29,940 nt of DNA from an uncultured Oligoflexus sp. (GCA_964236955.1 CAXSGP010000056.1:1-29940); one strand, 5' to 3'; counted from the stretch's first letter, positions 16,206 to 26,008 are shown. The notes: generated by a model from the letters alone, not told the origin. Program-made: numbers and translations.

Positions 16206-16258
16206 TTGACGAACGGACGGCATCTGAGTATTAGTGTGTTAACGCGTTAACACGCTAA
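16206..16258 (+). promoter_or_regulatory. his operon promoter with overlapping 28-bp palindromic operator
   Basis: TTGACG (16206-16211)-N17-TATTAG. The palindrome TTAGTGTGTTAACGCGTTAACACGCTAA (16231-16258) has one mismatched pair. Confidence 0.7.
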
Positions 16259-16402
16259 AACAAAAAATCAGAATTTTGAGTGAGATATTTGCCATCATTT
16301 TTTCGAAGCAGGCTTAGGCCGTGTCGTCACGCTCCAATTTTTATCGGGCCGACTAAAAACGGCTGTTTCGTCATGGGCAACTTTAGCTATTAGGATAAGC
16401 TT

Positions 16403-17278
16403 ATGAACGCGATCAAGCTTGCTATTCAGAAAACAGGACGTTTATCGGATGATACTGTCGTTCTCTTAAAACGCGCCGGTATCAATTTCGATTCCCCTAA
16501 GGGTCGCCTGATAGTGCCCTGTGATGACTTTCCCCTTGATCTCCTTATGATTCGTGATGATGATATTCCCAGCTATGTGGCCACTGGTGCCTGCGAAATG
16601 GGAATCGTAGGCTTTAATGTTATGCGTGAGTATTCGCTGGCTGCGGCGGTCACTCCCCTGGTGGTTCATAGAAAGCTCGGCTTTGGACGATGCCGTCTGT
16701 CGATAGCTGTTCCGGAAAACTTTCACTGGGATGGCCCCCAAAGTCTAAAAAACTGCCGCATAGCCACTTCCTATCCGGCATCCCTTGCCCATTACCTTTC
16801 TCACCATGATGTGAAAGCCTCTGTGATTACGATGTCAGGCTCGGTAGAAATCGCAACGGGCATGGGTATGGCGGATGCCATCTGCGATCTGGTATCGAGC
16901 GGTGCCACCCTCAGGTCGAACGGTCTGCGGGAGGTCGAGCCACTCTATGAGAGCGAAGCGGTGCTCATTATTCGCGAAGACCCTTCCTTGACCCATCAAG
17001 TCCACCTGGATCGCCTCACGGTTCGAATGGATGGCGTGCTCAAGGCGCAGCATTCCCGCTATATTATGATGAACGCCAATCGCGCGTCGGTAGAGGCCAT
17101 CAGTGCTATCGTCCCGGGACTATCGCAACCCACGGTTATGCCATTGGCAGGAAACTCCGATCGAGTGGCCATTCACATGGTGGCCGCTGAAAACGTTTTC
17201 TGGGAAACGCTTGAGCGTCTAAAGGCTTGTGGGGCGACCGATATCCTGGTCCTGCCCATTGAAAAATTGATGGCATAG
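16403..17278 (+). CDS. hisG: ATP phosphoribosyltransferase, long form
   Basis: Motifs AIQKTGRLS, RDDDIP, RIATSYP, GSVE and ICDLVSSGATL, plus the C-terminal regulatory domain FWETLERLK...ILVLPIEK. Confidence 0.97.
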   Translation: MNAIKLAIQKTGRLSDDTVVLLKRAGINFDSPKGRLIVPCDDFPLDLLMIRDDDIPSYVATGACEMGIVGFNVMREYSLAAAVTPLVVHRKLGFGRCRLSIAVPENFHWDGPQSLKNCRIATSYPASLAHYLSHHDVKASVITMSGSVEIATGMGMADAICDLVSSGATLRSNGLREVEPLYESEAVLIIREDPSLTHQVHLDRLTVRMDGVLKAQHSRYIMMNANRASVEAISAIVPGLSQPTVMPLAGNSDRVAIHMVAAENVFWETLERLKACGATDILVLPIEKLMA

Positions 17279-17286
17279 GAGACCAT

Positions 17287-18603
17287 ATGCGACAGTTAGA
17301 TTGGCAAGCTTTAAATGAGAGCGAGAGATCGCAGGTTTTGCAGAGACCGAGGGTCCCGAATAAGCTTCGTGAAAACGTCGCCGATATCGTAAGCGCTGTA
17401 AAGTCGGAAGGTGATCGGGCCATACAGGGCTACACGAAAACTTTCGATAAATGTCTTCTCGTCGATTCTATGGTGGCGAGCCAAGATCTTGCGGCGGCAG
17501 CCCAGCAAGTTGATCCAAAGATTAAAGAGGCGTTGACCCTGGCAACGCGCAACATCGAAACCTTTCATAAAAGTCAGTTGCGGGCATCCTACGCGGTGAA
17601 GGTTGCTGAAGGCATAGAATTGGCCCGGGAGATTCGACCCATTCAAAAAATCGGTCTCTACATTCCGGGCGGATCGGCGCCTTTACTCTCGACATTGCTG
17701 ATGCTTGCGATTCCCGCGCGCTTGGCCGCTTGCAGCGATATAATCCTTTGCACGCCAGCGGACGCCGACGGACGGGTTGATTCGAGCTTAATGGGGACTG
17801 CCTTTGATCTTGGCATCACACGGGTCTATCGGATCGGTGGGGCCCAGGCTATTGCGGCAATGGCCTATGGCACAGATCGGGTGCCGAAGGTGGATAAGAT
17901 ATTCGGGCCTGGCAATGCCTGGGTCACGGAAGCTAAGTTGATCGTTTCTCAGGACCCCGAAGGCGCTGCGATCGACCTACCAGCGGGTCCCTCCGAGCTT
18001 ATGGTTATCGGCGATTCGAAAAGCAATCCCCGTTTTATTGCGAGTGATCTTTTAAGTCAGGCGGAACATGGGCGCGACTCCCAAGTCATCTTTGTTAGCC
18101 TCGACCCCGGATTGATCAAAAAAGTGCAAGACGAAATCAATCAACTTCTGCCCAAGCTCACACGATTTCAAACTGTGATTGAGGCATTGGAATGCGCTGT
18201 TTTCATAGACGCCAGGGATAGGGACAGTGCCCTTGACATCATCGAGCGCTACGCTCCGGAACATCTAAGCTTGCAGCTTGAAAACCCTGAATCAATGATC
18301 TCTCGGATTCATAATGCGGGATCTATCTTTTGTGGCCAATGGTCCCCAGAGGCCGCAGGAGATTATGCGACCGGTACCAATCATGTCTTGCCCACGGGGG
18401 GCTGGGCGAGGTCCCTGAGTGGCCTCACGGTCGAAGCCTTCCAAAGGACGATGAGTGTACAAACCCTTTCGGCTCGGGGCCTGTCCGCTCTATCGGCAGC
18501 CATTCAAACCTTAGCGGCCGTGGAAAAGCTTGATGCCCATGCTCTGGCGGTGCAGGTCCGAATGGATGCACTGTTGCAGAAAGGTGGTAGCAATGCCTAC
18601 TGA
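17287..18603 (+). CDS. hisD: Histidinol dehydrogenase
   Basis: Motifs GLYIPGGSAPL, KIFGPGNAWV, IDLPAGPSE, DLLSQAEH, YAPEHL and GDYATGTNHVLPT. Confidence 0.97.
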   Translation: MRQLDWQALNESERSQVLQRPRVPNKLRENVADIVSAVKSEGDRAIQGYTKTFDKCLLVDSMVASQDLAAAAQQVDPKIKEALTLATRNIETFHKSQLRASYAVKVAEGIELAREIRPIQKIGLYIPGGSAPLLSTLLMLAIPARLAACSDIILCTPADADGRVDSSLMGTAFDLGITRVYRIGGAQAIAAMAYGTDRVPKVDKIFGPGNAWVTEAKLIVSQDPEGAAIDLPAGPSELMVIGDSKSNPRFIASDLLSQAEHGRDSQVIFVSLDPGLIKKVQDEINQLLPKLTRFQTVIEALECAVFIDARDRDSALDIIERYAPEHLSLQLENPESMISRIHNAGSIFCGQWSPEAAGDYATGTNHVLPTGGWARSLSGLTVEAFQRTMSVQTLSARGLSALSAAIQTLAAVEKLDAHALAVQVRMDALLQKGGSNAY

Positions 18604-19672
18604 TGAAGTGGCCTTTATTCAGTCGATGGTCAGACCCGGCATAACCAAACTTTCCCCCTACTGCTCGGCGCGCGGTGAGGTTGCTTCGTCGAGTCTGTGT
18701 TTACTCGATGCCAATGAAAGTCCGCTGAGTGGCAACCGCCTCTTTCAGGGAGAAGACGACAATCGATACCCCGAGCCTCAGCCCCTGGAGCTTTTGAGTC
18801 AAATGGCAAAGCTCTATGGCCTTGAGGTCGATCAGCTGCTGCTGACCCGCGGCATTGATGAAGGGCTCGATATCGTCTTTCGAACCTTTTGCGAACCTGG
18901 TAAAGATAACGTTATCATTCATCCCCCTACCTATGGCTACTATCAAGTCTGTGCGGCCATACAAGGCTGTGAGGTGCTCCATGCCCAACTTCGAAAGGAT
19001 TTCTCACTCGATCCGGACCTGGTGCTAAAAATACGAAATAACAGAACCAAGATTGTGATACTTTGCAACCCTAACAACCCGACGGGAAATCTTCTCAGTT
19101 CCGAGGCGATACGGGAGCTGGCCCAGGCATTGCAGAGCCACTGTCTCTTACTGATCGACGAAGCCTATATTGAATTTTCCGAGACCGATAGTTTTGTTCC
19201 GTGCCTGAGCCGCTATCCAAATGTGATCGTGATGCGAACCTTTTCTAAGGCATGGGGTTTGGCAGGAGTGCGGCTTGGATTGACCCTTGCCCATCCTGAG
19301 GTCATCCGCACTCTAAAAAAAGTGCTTGCCCCCTATCCTATCAGTCGGCCGGCGCTGCGGATTTTGGGACACGCTCTTCGGGAGGGCGGCCAATCTTTTA
19401 TGCGTGAAAGGGTGGAAAGGCTCGGCGTAACACGGCAGGCATTGGCCAAGTCCCTTGCAGAAATCCCCAAAGTGCGCTCCCTGGCGCCATCATCGGCAAA
19501 TTTTATTTTATTCAAAGTCGATGACCCAAAGAAACTTGTCGATGATTTACGAAAACAAGGGATAAGTATTCGCGACCGTTCGGCCGATGTACCGGGATGT
19601 GTTCGTGTCAGCATCGGGAGCGATCGCGAGAACGACTTTTTATTACAGCAGTTAAGGGATTTACTCCAATGA
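18593..19672 (+). CDS. hisC: Histidinol-phosphate aminotransferase
   Basis: Motifs LDANE, NRYP, CNPNNPTGN, DEAY and RTFSKAWGLAGVRLG. ATG 18593 has an AAGGTGG RBS and overlaps the end of hisD. Confidence 0.96.
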   Translation: MPTDEVAFIQSMVRPGITKLSPYCSARGEVASSSLCLLDANESPLSGNRLFQGEDDNRYPEPQPLELLSQMAKLYGLEVDQLLLTRGIDEGLDIVFRTFCEPGKDNVIIHPPTYGYYQVCAAIQGCEVLHAQLRKDFSLDPDLVLKIRNNRTKIVILCNPNNPTGNLLSSEAIRELAQALQSHCLLLIDEAYIEFSETDSFVPCLSRYPNVIVMRTFSKAWGLAGVRLGLTLAHPEVIRTLKKVLAPYPISRPALRILGHALREGGQSFMRERVERLGVTRQALAKSLAEIPKVRSLAPSSANFILFKVDDPKKLVDDLRKQGISIRDRSADVPGCVRVSIGSDRENDFLLQQLRDLLQ

Positions 19673-20724
19673 GAAAACTCCTCCTGGTCGATCGTGATGG
19701 GACTATTCTGGTCGAGCCAGATGACGAACAGATTGATAGTCTTGAAAAACTAGCCTTTGTCGACGGAGCTATCCTGGCTCTGAAAGCGCTCCAGGATGCT
19801 GGTTGGAGGCTCATCCTCGTATCCAATCAGGATGGACTTGGCAGTCAGAGTTTCCCCAGCGACGCTTTTATGAAACCGCAGGCCTTGATGCTCCAGGTTT
19901 TGGCGAGCTGTGGCATCAAGTTTCAAGATGTCTTGATCTGCCCGCATTTTCCGGAAGATGAATGTATATGCCGTAAGCCTAAAACAGGGCTTCTTAGGTC
20001 TTTAATCGAAGAGGGCTTTAGCCGTTCCCATAGTGCAGTGGTCGGCGATCGCGAGAGCGATCTCAAACTAGCCGAGGCACTTGGAGTTAAAGGCTTTAGG
20101 ATTGGTCCTCAGCTTTTATGGTCAAAGGTTGTCGAGAGTCTGCTGACGGAGCCAAGGCAGGCTGAGCTGGTGCGCAAGACGCGGGAAACAACGATAAGCG
20201 TCAGTCTCAACCTCGATTCCTTTCAGACGCCGCAGATCAAAACCGGCTCAGCATTTTTTGATCATATGCTGGAGCAGATCGGCTTCCATGCCGGGATAGC
20301 TTTGACTCTGGAAGCCTCAGGTGACTGGCATGTGGATGATCACCATTGTATCGAAGATACCGCCCTGATCCTCGGGGAGGCCTTACGCAAAGCATTGGGT
20401 GATAAGCACGGCATCGCCCGCTATGGCTTTGTCCTGCCAATGGATGAAAGCCTGGCGGAATGCAGCATCGATTTGAGTGGAAGGCCCTTTTGCAAATATT
20501 CGGCCCCGTTCACTCGGGAATCAGTCGGTGGCCTGGCCACGGAGATGATTCCGCATTTTTTTCGATCCCTGGCTGATGGTCTGCGGGCGGCTGTGCATAT
20601 CTCAATCACCGGGGAAAACAATCACCATCTGGTCGAAGCTGGATTTAAGGCTTTTGGCCGTTGCCTGGGGCAGGCTATTCAAATAAAGAGCAGCCTCATC
20701 CCAAGTTCGAAAGGCCTTCTATGA
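19669..20724 (+). CDS. hisB: Bifunctional histidinol-phosphatase / imidazoleglycerol-phosphate dehydratase
   Basis: N-terminal HAD domain (DRDGT, SNQDG, CPH....C.CRKP, VGDRESD) fused to IGPD (RKTRET, FFDHML, VDDHH, PMDE, NNHH). ATGA overlap with hisC. Confidence 0.97.
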   Translation: MRKLLLVDRDGTILVEPDDEQIDSLEKLAFVDGAILALKALQDAGWRLILVSNQDGLGSQSFPSDAFMKPQALMLQVLASCGIKFQDVLICPHFPEDECICRKPKTGLLRSLIEEGFSRSHSAVVGDRESDLKLAEALGVKGFRIGPQLLWSKVVESLLTEPRQAELVRKTRETTISVSLNLDSFQTPQIKTGSAFFDHMLEQIGFHAGIALTLEASGDWHVDDHHCIEDTALILGEALRKALGDKHGIARYGFVLPMDESLAECSIDLSGRPFCKYSAPFTRESVGGLATEMIPHFFRSLADGLRAAVHISITGENNHHLVEAGFKAFGRCLGQAIQIKSSLIPSSKGLL

Positions 20725-21308
20725 TTGTCGTTATCCCAAGCGGGGGGTCAAATTTAGGCTCAATCGTCGGCGCGTTCTCAAGGCTTAAAGCGGAGCTGGT
20801 CTTGAGTGAAGATCCCGAGGTCATTCGACAGGCTGATAAAGTTGTGCTTCCCGGTGTCGGACATGCCGCCACCATGATGAAGCGTTTGAGGGCGCAAGGG
20901 CTTGTCGAGGTCATTTGCTCCTTGACGCAGCCGGTCCTCGGAATCTGCTTGGGGATGCAACTCTTTTTTGAAAGTTCGGAAGAGGGAGCTGTCCAGGGTC
21001 TCGGTATTATACCTGGCCAGGTCGTGGCTATTCCGAAGCAAGGTCTGGCGCTGCCGCATATGGGGTGGAACCGGATCGTGAGCCAAGGCGTGGCGGAGCT
21101 TTCAGAGAGTGTGAAGGGACAGTATTGCTACTTCGTCCATTCGTATATGGCCGAAGATGGTCCCTGGACTCGTGCCTACTGCGAATATGGCTGCCGAATT
21201 CCTGCCATTGTTCAGTGGCGCAACTTTTATGGCACACAATTTCACCCGGAAAGGTCGGGGGCTGCAGGTGAAGCGTTGCTCTCGAAATTTATATGCCTGA
21301 CTCTTTAA
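20721..21308 (+). CDS. hisH: Imidazole glycerol phosphate synthase, glutaminase subunit
   Basis: Motifs LPGVG, LGICLGMQ, PHMGWN, YFVHSY and QFHPE. ATGA overlap with hisB. Confidence 0.97.
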   Translation: MIVVIPSGGSNLGSIVGAFSRLKAELVLSEDPEVIRQADKVVLPGVGHAATMMKRLRAQGLVEVICSLTQPVLGICLGMQLFFESSEEGAVQGLGIIPGQVVAIPKQGLALPHMGWNRIVSQGVAELSESVKGQYCYFVHSYMAEDGPWTRAYCEYGCRIPAIVQWRNFYGTQFHPERSGAAGEALLSKFICLTL

Positions 21309-22042
21309 GACCTCTAAAATTGTTTCCAGCAATCGATTTGATAGAAGGCCGCTGTGTAAGGCTGTCTCAAGGAAAATTTAGCAATATTTCTACCTATAGC
21401 GTCGATCCCCTGGAGACTGCCAAAAGTTTTGAGAAGTCCGGTGCCGAGGCTCTCCATATTGTCGATCTTGATGGAGCGAGGGCGCAGTATCCTGTGCAAA
21501 GGGAAATTATCGAAAAAATTGCTTCCGAAACCAAGCTGGACATTCAAGTTGGCGGTGGAATACGCAAGCCTAACCAGGCCTTGGCCTATCTCGGGGCGGG
21601 CGCGAGGCGCATAGTGATTGGCAGTCTTGCGGTGCTCGATCCTTTAGCGACCGCCAGGATTATTGATGAGGTGGGAGAGGATCGGGTAACACTTGCTTTT
21701 GATTTTCTGCGGGATGAGCAGGGCGCGATATGGCCGGCGGTGGATGCCTGGGCCCGGTCCGTGCAACTGTCCCCCGTTTCTCTATTCGCCCAGTATAGGC
21801 GATGGCCGCGACTGCAATATCTCTGTACCGATATCAGTCGGGACGGATGCATGCAGGGTATCGACAGACAGTTCTACAGTGCCCTCATTAAAGTGTCGGA
21901 GGGAGCGATGATTCAGGCTTCTGGCGGAGTTGCGGCGCTCGACGATATCCGAACCGCTAGAGAATTGAGGCTGCATGGGGCGGTGATAGGCAGAGCTCTT
22001 TATGAAGGTGCTTTTAGCCTCGAGGAGGCTTTGAAATGTTGA
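21293..22042 (+). CDS. hisA: ProFAR isomerase
   Basis: Motifs FPAIDL..G.CVRL.QG, LHIVDLDGA, QVGGGIR, TDISRDG, QASGGV and IGRALYEG. The start could be TTG 21320. Confidence 0.95.
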   Translation: MPDSLRPLKLFPAIDLIEGRCVRLSQGKFSNISTYSVDPLETAKSFEKSGAEALHIVDLDGARAQYPVQREIIEKIASETKLDIQVGGGIRKPNQALAYLGAGARRIVIGSLAVLDPLATARIIDEVGEDRVTLAFDFLRDEQGAIWPAVDAWARSVQLSPVSLFAQYRRWPRLQYLCTDISRDGCMQGIDRQFYSALIKVSEGAMIQASGGVAALDDIRTARELRLHGAVIGRALYEGAFSLEEALKC

Positions 22043-22851
22043 CCAAAAGAATCATTGCCTGTCTCGACGTCAAAAACGGAAGAGTTGTCAAGGGGGTCGG
22101 CTTTCGCCATCATACGGATATGGGCGATATTGCCGAGCTTGCCCAGCGTTATGTCGATCAGGGAGCCGATGAGTTGGTGTTCTACGATATCACGGCGAGC
22201 CCCGACCGCCGGGCTCTCGATGTCGCATGGATAAAGCGTCTGAGCCGATTCGTCAATATTCCTTTCTGTGTTGCCGGAGGTATCGACTCTGTAGAGGTGG
22301 CTGAACAGATTTTGCGCGCAGGTGCAGACAAGGTCTCTATCAACTCACCAGCGCTGCGCCGGCCCCCCCTCATAAATGAATTGAGTCAATACTTTGGATC
22401 ACAGTGCGTGGTGGTTGGAATTGATTCCCAGGCGGTAGACGACGTCTGGTGGGTCTGGCGCGATGCCGGGCGCGTTGAGACGATCCAGCAGACTGAGCTC
22501 TCCACCAAACAATGGATCCAGGATGTTCAGCAACGCGGAGCAGGGGAGATAGTCCTTAACTGCATCGATAGGGACGGTTCCAATCAAGGCTATGACATAG
22601 CCCAACTTAAGGCTATGAAACCCTTTTGTCAGGTGCCGTTGATAGCTTCGGGAGGGGCTGGCAGTCCTCTCGATTTTGAAAGGGCTTTTGTCGAGGCAGG
22701 TGTTGAAGGTGCTTTGGCCGCCGGGGTCTTCCATCGTGAGGAACTTACGGTAGGGCAGGTAAAAAACTATCTTATGCAAGCGGGACTTCCCGTCAGGCCA
22801 AACCCATGCGCTGAATATTCGGGAGCTAAGAGCCATGAACTTGGATTTTAA
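22036..22851 (+). CDS. hisF: Imidazole glycerol phosphate synthase, cyclase subunit
   Basis: Motifs RIIACLDV..G.VVKG, GADELVFYDITAS, IPFCVAGGI, GAGEIVLN and PLIASGGAG. Confidence 0.97.
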   Translation: MLTKRIIACLDVKNGRVVKGVGFRHHTDMGDIAELAQRYVDQGADELVFYDITASPDRRALDVAWIKRLSRFVNIPFCVAGGIDSVEVAEQILRAGADKVSINSPALRRPPLINELSQYFGSQCVVVGIDSQAVDDVWWVWRDAGRVETIQQTELSTKQWIQDVQQRGAGEIVLNCIDRDGSNQGYDIAQLKAMKPFCQVPLIASGGAGSPLDFERAFVEAGVEGALAAGVFHREELTVGQVKNYLMQAGLPVRPNPCAEYSGAKSHELGF

Positions 22852-23452
22852 GAAGATGGGTGGTTTGCTTCCGGCGATTGCCCAGGATCATGGAAGTGGG
22901 AAAGTGTTGATGGTCGGTTTTATGAACGAGGAGGCTTTTCATAAGACTTTGAAGAGCGGATGCATGACCTTTTATAGCCGAACCAGACAAAAACTGTGGA
23001 CCAAGGGGGAAGAGTCGGGCAATCGCCTGGAAATCGTCAGGTGGTCAGCTGACTGTGATAGGGATACGCTTTTATTTCTCGTCCATGCTCAAGGCCCAAC
23101 TTGTCATAAGGGTTATGAGAGCTGCTTTGCTGAAACCATGGGGCATACTTTTCCTGCCCAACTTTCTTTCCTGAGTGAGCTGGAAAAAATCGTCACGGAC
23201 CGGATAAAGGCTGGGGACAAAAATTCTTACACGCTTCAACTGGCCCGATCAGGACCGGAACGAATGGCCCAGAAAATTGGTGAAGAGGCCGTGGAAACCG
23301 TGATTGCCATGATAGGAGGCCATCAGGATCAGATCATCAATGAAACTGCTGATCTCATGTATCACCTGATCGTCGGTCTAAGCGCGCAGGGAATAGGTTT
23401 GGAAATGGTTTCCGATTGTCTTGAAAAAAGGCACCGGAGTGCCAAGGATTGA
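22835..23452 (+). CDS. hisIE: Bifunctional phosphoribosyl-AMP cyclohydrolase / phosphoribosyl-ATP pyrophosphatase
   Basis: LWTKGEESGN, DCDRD and GPTCH.G..SCF (HisI) fused to SYT, QKIGEEAVE and ETADLMYH (HisE). Confidence 0.96.
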   Translation: MNLDFKKMGGLLPAIAQDHGSGKVLMVGFMNEEAFHKTLKSGCMTFYSRTRQKLWTKGEESGNRLEIVRWSADCDRDTLLFLVHAQGPTCHKGYESCFAETMGHTFPAQLSFLSELEKIVTDRIKAGDKNSYTLQLARSGPERMAQKIGEEAVETVIAMIGGHQDQIINETADLMYHLIVGLSAQGIGLEMVSDCLEKRHRSAKD

Positions 23453-23898
23453 CAGTATTAGGGAAGAGAATTTTTTGAAGCCTGATTTGACGAGGAGGGT
23501 GCGGTTAAAGGCTCAATGCAGCATGATTGGCATCATTTATCCTGAGTCGTCAGGCGCTAATAGGTAAATATACTGAGTCACTCTTAAGTTCTTGCATCAT
23601 GGGTGGACGGGCAATGTAAGATAGCGGCGAATCGTACTGACCTTACCGGTCAGCAGCTATTCCGCCAAGCGCAATTGCCTTCGCTTATTGGAATCAAGGT
23701 CTCCTTGAAAGGCTGAGCTAGTATCGTGCATTGTTTGCTACCACTTTAAGATATTTCCCTGAAAGCCAATGGTGTTATACACTTGCAACTCCCTCCCCAC
23801 TTTGTCTGCTTGTTCTCGGATTTGGGCGAACCTAATATCACGCTTGAATTCCAAGTTCTTTGATCCTTGGAATTTAATCCGATGGAGCATCGAAAATC

Positions 23899-25074
23899 AT
23901 GAAGAATCCTCTTTTTCTTCCGTCTCTATTTATTGTGCTGGCGCTTCTATCGTGCAGTGCCGATCCGCACAGCAAGACCAGTGCCTTACCCTTTCTTTGT
24001 AAGGGCCAGAATGCAAGTGAAATTTATTTTGACCAGGGTCAGAAGGATTATCTCTCAGGGCGTTTAGAAGGCAAAGCCATCAAAACACTGCTTGTCTTCG
24101 GCGACAGTTTATCGGATAGCGGGGAACTGGGACGCAAATCGAGAGATCTTTTGGTTCCAAAATGTAAATATTGGTATAATCACTTCAGCAATGGCCCTCT
24201 GTGGTCGGAATATATAAGTGGTGGCACCGGATGGGACCTCAAAAGCTATGCAGTGGGGGGCTCCGGCACATCGAAACGATTAGGAAACAGTTTAATCGCT
24301 TGGCTTTCCTATCTTAATCCCTTCGCGATAAAAGATACCTTTCAAGATTTGGTCTTAACCTCTCTGCTTGATCAGGTTGACAATTTTATTAAAGAATATG
24401 GAAGTGGCAAGAGTCCTATTGAGACCTCGTCCACAGTCGTCTCGGTCTGGACCGGAGCCAACAATTACTTTCTACAAGGCCGTGATGTTCAAGATAGGAA
24501 CGGGGTGCTTGATCCCATAAAAGCGCAGCAACTCGTCGACGATACAATCGGGGATATACGGGAGGCTATCATACGCTTGAACGCGACAGGATTTGACCGC
24601 TTGAGTGTTGGCAATATTCCAGATCTTTCAAGGCTGGCAGAGCTGCCGCCGGATCCAAGTCATATTTTTAATCTGGCCTCGTACGAGACATTGAAATTTC
24701 TAAGCCGAAAGCATAACGAAGGCATTGCTGGGCTGGTCGAGAGCTTTCGGGGTCAAGGTCTGGATATCATCATTTTTCATGCCAAGGAAATCAATGATGC
24801 CAGCTCGCTTCAAGCTCAGAAATTTGGCTTTGACTCCATTATGCCCTGCTATTCTGGTAATATTTTCGGTACCATTCCCAGCGGCGAAAATAAGGAATTC
24901 TGTCAGCATCCTCTCCGTCAGAAATCTTGGGACTATCCTCACCCCAATACCCGCATGCACTGTATCTATGCCTCTCAGTTTGCAGAGGATGCCCGGCAAG
25001 CAGGGTGGATTGAGAAAGGGGAGGGATTGCTTCAGGCCTGTGTGGATATGAGGACGAAGGCCGGTGTTGAATAG
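23899..25074 (+). CDS. SGNH/GDSL hydrolase lipoprotein (lipase/phospholipase-like)
   Basis: Lipobox LLSC. Block I VFGDSLSDSG, FSNGPLW, block II YAVGGS, block III GANNY and block V WDYPHP. Confidence 0.9.
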   Translation: MKNPLFLPSLFIVLALLSCSADPHSKTSALPFLCKGQNASEIYFDQGQKDYLSGRLEGKAIKTLLVFGDSLSDSGELGRKSRDLLVPKCKYWYNHFSNGPLWSEYISGGTGWDLKSYAVGGSGTSKRLGNSLIAWLSYLNPFAIKDTFQDLVLTSLLDQVDNFIKEYGSGKSPIETSSTVVSVWTGANNYFLQGRDVQDRNGVLDPIKAQQLVDDTIGDIREAIIRLNATGFDRLSVGNIPDLSRLAELPPDPSHIFNLASYETLKFLSRKHNEGIAGLVESFRGQGLDIIIFHAKEINDASSLQAQKFGFDSIMPCYSGNIFGTIPSGENKEFCQHPLRQKSWDYPHPNTRMHCIYASQFAEDARQAGWIEKGEGLLQACVDMRTKAGVE

Positions 25075-25135
25075 ATTCTCAATCCTTCACAACCCCATGG
25101 CCCTAACAGCGCTTTTGGACTATTGAGTGGACTTT

Positions 25136-25169
25136 AAAATTCCTCAGTCGGCTATTACCAACTGAGGAA
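25136..25169 (-). terminator. Rho-independent terminator of the PA14 lipoprotein gene, possibly bidirectional
   Basis: Minus strand UUCCUCAGUUGG-UAAUAG-CCGACUGAGGAA, a 12-bp stem with one G-U pair, then UUUU. It lies between convergent genes. Confidence 0.7.
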
Positions 25170-25219
25170 CCCGTACACTTTAGGAATGGTCGTTGCAAGT
25201 GGACAGTCGTCGGTAACAA

Positions 25220-25966
25220 TTAGGGTTTGCGTAAGATATTGAGAGGCATATAGCTGAACTTTGTTTCTCCGGGAGCTTGCCATTTCAGATCGAGGGCAAG
25301 ATTGCCGCTTGCTTGATAATATTGGATATTTAAGTCATGGACGCCCTTCGTCATATTCACTTTTCCTGGTTTTTTAACACCGCCATTGGCTTTAGCATCG
25401 GCGCCATCAATTAAAAGCATCGATCCATCATCGGAAGTTAAGGCGAATTTATATTCACCGGCCGTCGCGATCTCGACTTTGACTTTGATGTTAAAGGCAA
25501 ACCATTCCTTAAAGCTTACCGCCGGAAATCCAACGTCCTTGGCAAGGGAGTTAAAATTAAGCTGTTCGTAACATATAGACTGGAGGACTTTTAAAGTGGA
25601 GAAATTCGGTAATGCATTGGTTTTTTCTGGAATCTGAAAAACATCGGTCACGAACTTTCTTGTTCCCGGTGCATCGCAAACTCCTTCAGCCGTCACTACC
25701 GGAGCGGCAGGCGGGGGAGTAGGATTCGCTCCGTTAGAACTTATTGCATCCGGTGTACCTGTCGAACCAGCGGCGTTTCCATCGCCAGGAAGACCTGTTT
25801 CGGAGGGTGATGCATCCGGTTTTGCTTCCGCCGGTGTTACCGCAGCCGCAGGAGCGGAACCATTGGATTTTTTCGTTTTGCCTCCGAAGCCGACTTGATT
25901 GCAAGCAACTAATGAAAGAGTGCTTAAACATACGATAGTGAGGGGCGAAAGTCCAAAATGTTTCAT
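25220..25966 (-). CDS. PA14-domain lipoprotein
   Basis: ATG 25966 (MKHF), lipobox LVAC and an Ala/Pro/Gly linker. EWFAF...AGEYKFALTSDDGSMLLIDG...GVHDLNIQYYQ...LDLKWQAPG is a PA14 domain. Confidence 0.85.
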   Translation of the reverse strand: MKHFGLSPLTIVCLSTLSLVACNQVGFGGKTKKSNGSAPAAAVTPAEAKPDASPSETGLPGDGNAAGSTGTPDAISSNGANPTPPPAAPVVTAEGVCDAPGTRKFVTDVFQIPEKTNALPNFSTLKVLQSICYEQLNFNSLAKDVGFPAVSFKEWFAFNIKVKVEIATAGEYKFALTSDDGSMLLIDGADAKANGGVKKPGKVNMTKGVHDLNIQYYQASGNLALDLKWQAPGETKFSYMPLNILRKP

Positions 25967-26008
25967 ATTCAGTTCCCTGATTGCAATCGATAGTGACGAG
26001 TTGGACGC

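Noticed and set aside
16259..16402. Histidine leader peptide / attenuator upstream of hisG
   Set aside because: The startable frames (GTG 16280, TTG 16276) contain at most one His codon, and I see no terminator hairpin with a U-run.
23453..23898. Possible ncRNA or small ORF (23769-24002) between hisIE and the lipase
   Set aside because: Only short 6-bp hairpins are present. The ORF overlaps the lipase and has no recognisable features.
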